Source of the DNA: Octopus vulgaris
Lineage: Eukaryota
Assembly: GCA_951406725.2 (NCBI GenBank)
Contig: OX597820.1
Span: 43,524,001 to 43,588,000, forward strand
DNA: 64,000 bases
Direction of reading: 5' to 3'
In this document: one piece after another, positions 13,945-25,937 of the stretch
Numbering within the stretch: position 1 is the stretch's first letter
Layout of the letters: each line of letters begins with the position of its first letter
Notes under the pieces: model-generated
What the model was told of the DNA's origin: nothing
Database searches by the model: none
Seen by the model: only the letters and a program-made list of their open reading frames with translations
Position numbers and translations under genes: made by a program

Positions 13945-14665
13945 TCAACTCATAGAGGATGGGATCAGACGTGCAACAGAAATCAACATAGAAACTTTAA
14001 GAAAAGTTCAACACAACAACACACCTTCCCCGAAAATACTACCTTACATATCTACATACAACCCCAGAAACAAAGAAGCCTTCACCATCATCACCCAGAA
14101 TTTACCAATACTTCATAAAAACCCAAAATTAAAGAAAATTCTAAACATACACCAAATCATTAAAAGCTACAAACAGCCTAAATCACTTAAAAAGATTCTC
14201 ACAAAGGCAAAATTGTCTTCTAAAATTACGGATGCAAAAGTAAAAAAATGTGGTAGATCGAACTGTGCAACATGTCCTAACCTATTGGAAGGATCAGAAT
14301 TCTTCTTTAAAGAGGGACAGAAATTTAAGATCAAATCTAACTTTACTTGTGCCTCTGAAAACATAATTTATGTTATTAAATGCTCGGGCTGCCACCAAGA
14401 CTACGTGGGTTCCACGGGACTATCACTCAGGCGCAGATGCACACTGCATCGACAACAGATTGCATTCCCAGAATATAGAATGATACCTTTTAGTGAGCAC
14501 ATTGAGAAATGCGCAAAGCAACTACTGCCACAATTTTTAATCTTCCCATTTTACCAATGTGCTTTCGGATCATCAACACAAATGAGACTGAACAAGGAAA
14601 CATTCTTCATTGAAAAGTACAAACCCAGACTCAACCATCCGAACATACTGACACAGAGAAATTAA
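13937..14665 (+). CDS. Inverted second copy of the PLE 3' half (linker + GIY-YIG, no RT catalytic core); its ATG is created by the junction
   Basis: From 13945 it is the reverse complement of 13422 downward. The protein matches the C-terminal 239 aa of the minus ORF except LKEILN vs LKKILN. MYC comes from the antisense strand of the RT region. Confidence 0.9.
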   Translation: MYCQLIEDGIRRATEINIETLRKVQHNNTPSPKILPYISTYNPRNKEAFTIITQNLPILHKNPKLKKILNIHQIIKSYKQPKSLKKILTKAKLSSKITDAKVKKCGRSNCATCPNLLEGSEFFFKEGQKFKIKSNFTCASENIIYVIKCSGCHQDYVGSTGLSLRRRCTLHRQQIAFPEYRMIPFSEHIEKCAKQLLPQFLIFPFYQCAFGSSTQMRLNKETFFIEKYKPRLNHPNILTQRN

Positions 14666-14801
14666 CAAGGAAATGGGAAAAAAAAAATTTTAAGCGATTA
14701 TCTCCCCTACACCGGAAAAAATCACTCACTACCTCCCTTATTTAGAAATCTCCTGGAAATAAAAACAACGATAATTCCATGCAATATAAACATAACGTCA
14801 C

Positions 14802-14841
14802 AAGAAATTTGAAAAGCTACACGCGAAACCGGTAATTTCTT
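14802..14841 (+). ncRNA. Minimal type I hammerhead ribozyme (U3-A8 variant) in the PLE 3' UTR/pLTR
   Basis: AAGAAAT (stem I) TTGAAAA (core) GC-tacac-GC (stem II) GAA ACCGGT (palindromic stem III) A^ ATTTCTT (stem I'). Predicted cleavage after GUA at 14834. Confidence 0.85.
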
Positions 14842-14974
14842 TAAAAATTTTAAAATTATGTCATTTTAAGGAAAGGGAAAAAAATTTTTCCAATATTCTC
14901 CAGACATTTTGACACAAATATATATATTTTTTAACATTTAAGCCTTCTGTCGTTTTTTCACACTTTACTATTTT

Positions 14975-15073
<99 letters not shown>

Positions 15074-15570
15074 ATTTTTATATTTATATATTATTTTATT
15101 TATTAATTTTGTTTTTGATTTGCCTAATAGTGGTTTTATCTCTAATTTAATATAATATATAATATAATATATAATATATATATATATATATACATATGGA
15201 GGCAATGGCCTGGTGGTTAGGGGAGCGGACTTGTGGTCGATTCCCAGACCGGGCGTTGCGAGTGTTTATTGAGCAAAAACACCTAAAGCTCCAGGGTGTT
15301 GGGGGTGGCGATCCCTGCTTCATCCTCCATTATTTCTTGGAGGGGAGGGGGAGTTTACGCCACAACCGCACTGCGAGAGCGGCTAAAAGGAAAATAGGCA
15401 TAACCCAAGTACATAACTGATAATGGGTGAAGTACCTGGCGGGGAGGTGGTGGCTGAAGGTAAGTTCGCTCTTGGTAAGATATGACCTCTTTATGTGAAG
15501 AACCGTTGCAATTACCATGAGTCACTTATCAGAAAATCTTATGATTCTATAAATCGATTCGATTCTCTGT

Positions 15571-15668
<98 letters not shown>

Positions 15669-15754
15669 TAGAGAGATAGAGACAGACAAACAAGCAGATA
15701 GATAGCTGCATACATACATACATACATACATTCATACATACATACATACATACA

Positions 15755-15788
<34 letters not shown>

Positions 15789-18639
15789 CATGCTTACATA
15801 CATAGACTTTAATTTATATGTTTCGCATTCGTAGAGTGCAAGTATGTACCTAGATGTGTCCCACCATCTTATCAAGTGCCATTCATATTTTGCTGATGCT
15901 TTACTATTCAAGACTTCCACCAACAGGAAATATTGCTAATGTATATGGCGACGAAGATGGAGACATCAATAACATTAACAAACAGAACAAAAACCAAAAT
16001 AAAATAGCCAATAATCAAACAAATACAAAAGCAATAGAACATTCCCGTTAAATTTCGTATCACTTATATAAACGAAATATCTATATCGATAATTTTTACC
16101 TTAATTAAATGAGCTTAAATATAATATAATATAGTCGTTTCAAAAACCAATATGTTCCTAAAATGAACGTCGAAATATAGTATGAAATAAAGTAAAGGAA
16201 AAATGAACAAGATATAAAATAAAACAAACCGAGCGAAATTATATCTTAACTTATGTTATATATATCCGATGTGATAGTAATTGAATGTCTTCCGGTTTAT
16301 TTGCTTTTATTATGATATTTAGGAAACCAAGTATAGTTTTCTGATAGGAATATATTCAAAGAAAAGAAATCTAAATTCAAGAGGTATACAAATAAGGAAC
16401 AGTGGTGGGGAATGAATGAGCGGGTAAGTTCTAGTAGTTCCAGTATGAATGTTTGTCATATGAATTGAATATATGAGATTGCGTTTCGTAAAGCATGATT
16501 GGTTACTTCGGTTCTTGTATACACGCACACACACACATACACACAAAGAGACGCACTTAATACGTACAAACTCACGCAATACTCACAAACTCACACACAT
16601 ACGTGGGAACATGTGTAAGGATATATATGTCTATATATATTTGTATATATTATTGTATAAATTATATTATATTATATTTCGTAAATGGTTTCACAAACAA
16701 AGCCAATCGTATCGCCAGTGCGTTTTGTAGACAATTTATGGTTGTTGGTTTTCATAGATGTCGAGGTTAATAGACTCCGTGCCATTGATCGGTGTACGGC
16801 CTTTTAAGATACTTTTCAGACTACAGCTTTGAATTTAGGCTTGAAAGTTCTTCCTCATTTAGGACAGTTCCGCATTTAGGACATACGTGACAATCTACAT
16901 GCGTGCTGAGCAAAAAACAATGTCTTTCAAAGTTTCTCAGTGACAAAATATACTATTTAATGCTGTTCCACGTTTTTATATACACTATTAATATTACACA
17001 TACCCGGTGTTTGAATCTAAATCTGATTCAAGTCTATATGTTAATGAAGTTTAAAATATTTCAAAGACATCTTTTGTAAAACACTTCGCTTGCCTTCAGA
17101 TATCGTCAGTATGCTGTCCAGGTCTACGAAACCTAAAATAACCTTGTAATTACCATAGTGTTTTACACAGAAACATACAAGCATTAGTTAGAAAATACAC
17201 AAGCAGGGAAGACTCCTCGTCAGAGACCCCTACCAACCTGTTTTAATACATGTATGACGATATAGGACTTCATCAAGATTCTCGAGGCAGAAGAGGTGAC
17301 GACGAAGATAACGAAAGTGATCCACCTTTTATAGGTTTATAGCAAGGAGTCGATATAATGTCCCAGCTGTTATAAAATGGGCAGAGGGTATGAATCTTCT
17401 AAGAAAAGTTGTTAGTTCATATTATCTTTATGCACATACGAAGTGGTAAGGATGTTGGTAAGGATCTTTTCGAGGAATATATTTCTTAGAATTCTGCTAC
17501 ATTATTGCCATAGACGTATTAGAACTCACTAAAGGAACGTCTTGCTTTGGGAATGATCAGAGCGAGACTGAATCGTTTGTCTTGTGTTCACAGATGAAGT
17601 TAGAAAATACCCCCATGATCACTGCTGCGACTTCCATATACTCCTTTTACTCTTAATTAAACTTCACAAGATTCACGGTTATTAATGTTAACTGTTGCCA
17701 GCATGTCATCCTTGAGGCTCCATAGGGTTTTCCTATACATCTGAAGGTATCAATAAGGATATACGGCATCCCATTCAACTTCTTCCCATAACGATTCAAA
17801 GGCTTTAGAGATGGATTGCCATACAAATGGCCTAACGCTTTTGTTTTCCTGGGGTTTTTTTTTTTGGCGGGGGGTTGCAGCGTTGCAAACATCATGGTGG
17901 TAACGAAACAGCTAACCTACGTTTGCTGAGGTTTCATTGAGCCAATGATTTTCAATTTCAAGGTTCTGTTCGCACCTTTGACTTCGACTGGTTGTATTTT
18001 ACTTATCCTATTTCACTCTCACTTTGTTTGTCCGCATGCATACATATAAATACATGCACACATACATACATACATATATATGTGTACATGTGTGTATGTG
18101 TGTGTGCATGTGCGCATGTGTGTGTATATATATATATATTTATTTACAGATTGATATATGTGTATGAGAGTAGTATAAAATATTTATATGTTACACATAT
18201 ACAGTGAGAGACGTCTGTTTATGTCTGTGTCGTGCATCTGTATTTGCGTACGTGTGTTTGTGAGAGAAAGGGAGAGAGAGAGAGTGATATAAAGAGAGAT
18301 ATTGTTTTAAGTACTATACTCATAATTATTAATCGAGTACAACACAATACAATAGTACCAACATAGTTCGAAGGTTGAAATGCTGTAACTAACGTCCTTG
18401 TTGTTAGAATTCGACTCAGCCCTAAGTAAGCAAGCATATAGTCAAATAATTCCATTCTAACCATAATATACACCTCCTCTTTCCTTCAAATATATCGGAT
18501 AACATTGAAAATTGTGCTTCATGTTGTCACTTTCAGCGATTGCATAGATGTTACCTATTTGGCTTCCACCAGCAGGTAGAGTTTTTAGTTTTGACTTATG
18601 TTCCTTGTTTTTGAGTTTTTCTTTCATTGGGAACTGTTA

Positions 18640-19342
18640 AATATTGGTTTCAAATTGTGGCACAAGGCCAGCAAGTTCAGCGGGTGGGGGTTAGTCGATT
18701 ACTTCGACCCTAGTGCTTAACTGGTGCTTATTTTATCGACCTCGAAGGAATGAAATACAAAGTCGACCTCGGCGGAATTTGAACTCAGAATGTAAAGACG
18801 AAAGAAATGCCGCTAAGCAATTTGCCCGACGTGCTTACGATTCTGCTAGATCGCCGCCTTGATTCTATCAAAAATGTATTCTATAGTTTGCTACAGCGAT
18901 TGAAACAGCAATTTTCGTTTCGAATACATTGCCTGTCAGCTATCCTAGATATATTACTTAAATTGAAGTGCTACACAATTGATTAATATTGATTTCAGAT
19001 TTTGGTACAAGGCCAGCAATTTCAAAGGAAAGGCTAAGTCGATTCTATAGACCCTAGTGCTCAACTGATATTTATTTTTCGGTCCCGAATGGATGAAAGG
19101 CATAGTCGACCTCGGTGGAATTTGAACTCAGAATGCAAAGACGACAGAAATGCGGCTAAGCATTTTGTTCGACTCTCCCGATTCTGCCAGCTTGTCGCTT
19201 TTAATATATTAAACATTAAGCAATTATATTCTAGAGTTTGCTACAGCGATCGAAACAGCAACGTTTCGTTTCGAATACATTGCCTATCAGCTATCCTAAA
19301 CTTATTAGTTACATTGAAGTGCTATATAATTGATTAATATTG
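18640..19342 (-). repeat. Old tandem duplication of (SINE A + ~110-bp flank), period ~350 bp
   Basis: SINEs at ~18640-18858 and ~18986-19199. Flank 18883-18991 is repeated at 19233-19342. Confidence 0.8.
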
Positions 19343-21249
19343 TGGTGACACTGTTTTCCTTCAATTCTTTACACAAACCATGGAAATTTCCAGAGAAATA
19401 ACTCTCCCTGTCATTCTCTTTCACAAATCTCACTAATGATATTTATCATTTAACATTGACAGGATTTTACTCATACATGAAGGAAACAGCAAAATAGAAA
19501 AAATAAAACTACACTAGTTGTGTTTCTTCATATTAAATAAAGCACTTAGTGTGCTTCCCTGTTTGAAAAGCTTCACTAGATCTCCACTTCTTTGAGAAAA
19601 ATAATCCTCATATCTTTCACTAGCTTAAAATTATCAGACAATGAACGGAAATGAACGGATTAAAGAAGAAAAAACAAACATACCTTCAATACAAACAAAC
19701 ATTACAAAAAAAAATCACAGTACATTTAGAAAGTGTAACATTTCTGTAAATGAGAAGAATTATTAATAACATAGGAAGAAAACAAACAACATAATGTGAA
19801 TGTAGCTATAATCTCACATTCATGTGTAGGGAAGCAACTATGAATACAGCTTTTAAAAGTAAACGTCATTCCGCTTTCTTCATACACAAAATTTTCATTC
19901 CAAAACTGATACATTCCACAGATAAATCATATACAGTAAATACATAAATGTATGTATTAATATACTTGTGTGCATGTGTAAGTGCTTGTACGTATGTATG
20001 CATGTATGTATATATGTATGTATGAATGCATTTATGTATGTATTACTTAAGTGCTTATTTTATCGATTACCACTTTAATAAAATTCATATGTGCTGCCAA
20101 AACACATTCCCAAATTTAGTGCATATCTGATGTGAAACGAGACAGCTGCTCAACTACGCGAAACTAACACTTGTAGATATGAACTGTCGTTTCACTCTGT
20201 AAATATTCAAATAGATATGAAATGTATACATAATTATTTGCATGTGTATTACTTCAGTATGACGGTCTTTTGGGTCTGGATTTCACGTGTCACATAGTCA
20301 TATTATTACGTCTAGCAGCTGACCATAATATATAAATGTAAGCTAGTGTCCGAACAGAGTGTTAGACGACTTAGTCTACAACTTAAAAGCTCGTAAAATT
20401 ATGTAAGTCATCGGAAAGTATTGCCAGAACCGTCAATTTCTGTTTTCAATATAAGAGTCCTCTGAAATTTTGGATTTGAACAAATGATGAATATCTCTGA
20501 GCTTCAACGAGTTTCATCGATTACTATACGCTGTGTTTTGCTAACCATAAATACTTGTCTAAGTAATATTTGCCAGTGTCATAAGGGAACATTGCCTATT
20601 TGGAATATACTCAACAAATGTGGCTGTTTTAGTGCCGACAGCCGAAGACTCTTCCTAAGATGTGTGAAAAGTGACGTAACTAGCCGGCACGCACTCATTC
20701 AATTTCCTGCATTGCTCATTTGCGAGTTGGTGTCAAACAGATGCTGATAATTAGGAACGGATCCGGAAATCAGCCGACACTCCCATGAAAGCCAAAGCAT
20801 CGCCTTCATCTCGCAATTAAGAACAGGTATTCTTCTGTCTTGTAGATATAGATGGGAACACTGTATTATCGACGCGTTTGAAAGTTTGAGGAACATGGGT
20901 TTTCCTCTCATCAAACTCTTAATGTACAATTGGTGAAAAAAAAATAAAGGAGTGACTGTCACCCTGTAAATTTGATCAAACTCAGCTGTCAGTGACTGGT
21001 TTTATGTGTCTAGGTATACCTGCACTAGGTGTGTAGCCAGCAGTCAAAACTGGGGGAAGAGGTTTGTCTTTAGTTTGCCAGATTGATCTGGTCAAATGTG
21101 GGATATTTTACAATTTTATATACCATTCTCTTCTTGCCTTTATTTTTTATTTGTTATTTTTGCTATCCAAACATTACGTGGTTACTGATTAAATATTGTC
21201 TTTATAACTTATCGGTCTCACAAGAGACCGCTCGCTAATATCGTGGGAA

Positions 21250-22200
21250 ATTTAAATATTTTATACAAAAACGTTTCGGAGTACTGTTAAGGCGGCCCCA
21301 AAATGCAAGGCCAGATAAATGACGTTCTCCACCATTTTTTATTCTCGCCCTGAGTAGCTCTACTAAAGGCAGTCAAGGAATTATAAAACAGCGTGAAGTG
21401 AGATCGGTAGAAAAGCAGTGATACCTTTTCAATAGCATCAAAGTTGTGTGGATGTGATAATTATTAGCGAGACCAGTTGAACAACTTCTAGAAGACTATG
21501 AGGCCTAGACGTTCACACGAATTGATTGTCTGATGTTGAGTGCTGCTTCAGGAAATATTAAACATTGATCTAAATACGGTTTTTTCGTGACCCAGAAGGT
21601 AATCCGGTTTCCATATAAGTAGGCAGCCGTAAGGCCGACAACAAGTCGATTAGGTTCTTGAATTATACGCTTCGACTAGAATTGATGAACTACATTTCCT
21701 TAAGCGTCGGGAGATATATTCCTAAAAGGATTTCGCACATCTGTGTCAGTGGCCGATTGGAATTACATTTCGGATGTACGCACGTATTGTGTAGATACAG
21801 CCAGTAGGAATAGGTGAAAAGTTTCCGAAGATTTCTCAACCACTGTCTGAGAGATTTCGCTTTGATTTCCCCAGATTCGTTAATTTGGATTCCGACCTAA
21901 ATACAAAGTGTCGACTAGGATGTGTTGAGATAGAATTTTCATCGGGCTACAAAATAGAGCTAACGTACTTTGTCCACAGTTCTGTTAGTTGGAACCCTGC
22001 ACGAGAGAAGGCGCGGAACATACCTGAGATGCCGTGATGCGGTATGCCCTGAAGCGGTTCTGGGCTTGGTCGCTGCCATGCAGTGTCTTTGCATTAGCAA
22101 TTTATGTACCTGGTATCGAATAGATGTAGTGGCGTGCAGAACGTCTCCGACAACCAGAGACATCGGTAGTAAAAATCGACAATCCGCCTTCATTTAGACA
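21250..22200 (+). mobile_element. Highly decayed, internally deleted Tx1-like LINE remnant
   Basis: CVDVIIISET (APE-like, ~21445). The segment ~22020-22110 resembles the CPRC...QC..I.NL region at 59040-59115. Confidence 0.45.
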
Positions 22201-22804
22201 TGAAGGGCGTCTAGTTTCTTATTTTTCGGTTTTGTCTTTGTGGAGAAGAAAATAATAGAATGAACTCGTGTCAAAGGTTTGGAGACTGGCATTATACTCT
22301 CTTTCAAGCTTTTATCAGTTACTATCAACTAACGATGAAGACGAGAGTAGTAAGGGAGATGCTGCACTTTTTTTTTGCTCACTGGATGGTGGGAGAGAGG
22401 TGTGAGACTGACGAGATCGCATGTGTCTAACTTTAGTTTTTCAAGTAGGAGGAAAAAACAGAGAGAAAACACTTTAATTCATTGCATATAACCAAATATT
22501 GCAAGCGTTTATATGAGATTTTCCATAAGACAGCACAGGTAATTTTCTCAGATACTGAGGAAAGATTTTGTTAAAAATGTCTTTTTAATATCAATAAATT
22601 AGCAAATTCATTTATTGTCCTTTCTACATAAATTAAATTTTGGTGGAATTTTTAGTCGTCATTGAATTGTTCGCAGAATTTTAGGATCGATCCTGTGATC
22701 AATAAAAACACAATACTCACCATCTAAATTGACATCATTAGCTACATCATCATCATCATCATCATCATCACCATCATCATCACCATCATTATCACCATCA
22801 TCAT

Positions 22805-22893
<89 letters not shown>

Positions 22894-23039
22894 TCTAAGA
22901 CAGCGATCTGGCGGTATCTTTAGCACAGTGGGTAAATTGCTGACCAGCATTTCGTCCATCTCTACATTCAGCGTTTAAATTCCACTTGAGTTGACTTTCT
23001 TTTTCATTATTTCAGTGTCGATACCACCTTTCCCAGTTT

Positions 23040-25710
23040 AAAATTATTGTTTCACCCGTTTGGTGCCGTTTGTTGTGTAGAGGTTTGTAATTTGTTACTA
23101 AGAGCACCAGGAAACTTCACTGGCGCTCTGTGGTTGTTTTGCCCCATAAAGAGAAAATATTTTCGCTTCCCACCAAAATACGCTCGGTTGACACCTAAGA
23201 ACAAGTTCCATTACCAAGCGGTGGCGTACAACTTGGAAGCATTCACAGAGAAAAGAGTTTTTTTTCCACCAGACCTCTTACAGCAGAAGACTCCCTCCTC
23301 TTTCTTCTTTTACTCCTGTGAGAAATGTGTGTGACGATCGGGCAATGTGGCGGCGGCAGAGGCAATGCTGACAATAACATTAACAAAAGTAGGGAAGGTG
23401 GAGAGGAGAAGGCAAAAGAGATGATTACAGTTCAAAGCCCATCTTATGTACCAGCTGGCGAGGGAGATGTAATTAGCTGCAGCAGCGGCCAAGAAGGTGG
23501 AAGCGACAATAACAGCCGCAGTGGCAGAGACTGAAGATGACTGTAGCGGCAATAGAGGCGAATTTTGTAGCTATAGAAGCCGCAGAAGCACCAGTAGTAC
23601 CAACGTTAATAACAAAAGCGGTGTGGAAGGAGGTAGTATTAGCAGGAGTGATAGTAGCAGCAATGGAATCAGTAACGCCTCTATCAACAGCAACAATATT
23701 AAAAGCCCTTTTGCGGACGTTGCCGTCCCTAAAGAACTTTTTGGTTTCTTCCAAGAGGATAAAGTCTTTAAACTGTCGAATGCGGTTAAATAGAGAAAAA
23801 CCGATGGGCGAAGGACTGATATGGCGCCGCCTCCAGATACATTACCTGCTACAGTCAGAAGAATAACGTCCTATAGGTTCATTAGCATCAAATTTCGGTG
23901 TCTCGTAATGGTTACGAACGTCCAGATTTAAGGGGCCATACCCGAAATATGGTAGGACATCGGACATATATCGAGGGCAAGGCAGTTTGGTGGGATGGAA
24001 GTCATATTTAAGACCAAGTTCCTGGCAATACGGCACTCGGCTGCCGCCCACCGTAGTAAGGAGTTCATAGTATTCCCTACATATCTGAGAAGGCCGGCGA
24101 AAATTACTATAACAGCAATGCCACCAGAACTAGATTTCTGATGGATTTTCGCTTGTGTGGTATTGGAGGAGAGTGAAGCTCTCCTGCAGGACAAGAGATC
24201 AAGGATGGAGAACTGAACTGGGGTCACCCTGGCTGTACTCGTTCATGTAAGTCCAGCTAGAGAGGATCCGAGACATTATCTGTCTGCTGATAGGAACAGA
24301 GTCAAAATTGTGTATGGAGAGCAGAGAAGCGAGATTCCCTGTCTGTGGAATGAAGGATCATCTACAGGTGTTCTACCCACAGAACAGAACCAAAAGGGAA
24401 GGAAGGAGAGATCCAACGCTGATGTCACTGCCACAGCTACAACATCTACAACGCGGTAAGAAAAGTGCAGCAACAACAGAAACACGAGGAATACATCACA
24501 AGGAAAAAATCACACTGCCAAAATCCACAAAACCAAAATGACGGAGGCGGTATCGATATCACCAACGCTGGACCCCATCTGCGGCAAAAGGAGCACCTGC
24601 AGCACCAGCAAAAGGAGCAGTAACAGAGACAGTAGCAGCAGCATCACCGGTAGCAGCAGTTCCAACAGCACTACTTCTACCCTTACCATCCACATCGATG
24701 AGATGACCATTCTGGGCATCCTTCAACCCAGCTTTTCATCTCAACCTCTCTCGAATACACAGGCAACTACAAAAGACACAAATACACCCGCCCACATCCG
24801 GGATGGACTCCACAGACTCCGGTTTCTTCATATCTCGAAATGAAGACGAAGAGATATCCAAAAACCGAAACAAGGGAAATAAGAAAATAACACCTGGTTT
24901 CACACCAACCCACACAGTGGATGTCGCAGAGAGCGCCCTCGTAGCAGCCACGCCGATAATAGCACCAACTCCGCCAGCTCCAAAGCGTCAACAAAACGCT
25001 GTCACCTGGTCATTTCCCTTCTTTCAACTATTTCAGTCCAAGATAGCAATTATTAGATAGTTTATATCAATGTTCGTTGCCTGATGTCGTCCTAGCAGCC
25101 AATGAGTTCAGATTAATAGGTTTGGCTATGCTAGCCGACAGTAAGACCGGGTTTTGAACATGTGCACACTACTCACGATTCTTAAAGACTTTGAGGTCTA
25201 AATATCACTGGATCGATCTGGAATGACAGACGGGGTACAGTGTTGCTTAGGAAAGGTCTGGCTCTCGAGTTACAGACGATCTTTCTGGACCCGGATGGTA
25301 AGTTGGTGGTCCTGGATGTGAGCAATAGCGAAGGTGGGGCTTTTAAACTACTCGCTTTGTACACCCCAACTGGCGTGGGAAAGCTAGACTTCTTCAGCCT
25401 TGCATTTTCGGTCTAGTGGGCGACTGAAACGCCACTTTGGACACATGCTTAGATAGAGTGGAGCTCACAAACCTACTCAGATGCTTCCAATTGGCTGACA
25501 GGTACTGACGGGATTTCTCGAAAGCGCCAATGTGGACATGAGCAAGTGATATCGTGTCCTCTCGATTGTATGCAGTATATTTTGTAGGCCTGCAGATGAA
25601 AGTAACATACAGTGACCACAATTCAAAGTTGTTGGCTATACATCCCACAAACTTTGTTCTGTACGGTCGACCTACAGACGATCCAGAGCCAGAGCACGGC
25701 ATACTGAAAT
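23040..25710 (+). mobile_element. Decayed L1/Tx1-like LINE 5' part (ORF1 zinc-knuckle remnant + APE endonuclease)
   Basis: Knuckle remnant FPVCGMKDHLQVFYP (~24330-24380). APE remnants INVRCL, RKGLALELQTIFLDPDGKLVVLDV..AFKLLALYTPTG..DFF, LADRY*..PMWT* and YSDH. Boundaries approximate. Confidence 0.75.
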
Positions 25711-25906
25711 AAAGTTGTATTGTCCCTTTTCGTTCTACCTTATGTCGTAGTGTCCAATAAAGAAAACATTATTAGTGTTGTTATTGTTGTTGTTGTTGTT
25801 TTTGCTGCTGCTGCTGCTGCTGCTGCTGCTGTCATCTTCACCATCATCATCATCATCATCATCACCATCTTCATCATCATCACCATCTTCATCATCATCA
25901 CCATCT

Positions 25907-25937
<31 letters not shown>

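Larger units (their letters stand above)
12349..14983. mobile_element. Fold-back (head-to-head inverted) Penelope-like element insertion bounded by (TA)n
   Basis: Left arm ~12382-13422 is the reverse complement of right arm 13945-~14983, with a 522-bp RT spacer (13423-13944). Both outer ends run into TA microsatellite. Confidence 0.92.

Noticed and set aside
23325-24990. Cluster of overlapping 70-110-aa ORFs in a GC-richer stretch
   Set aside because: Explained by decayed Tx1-like ORF1 sequence plus degenerate GCA/GTA repeats.
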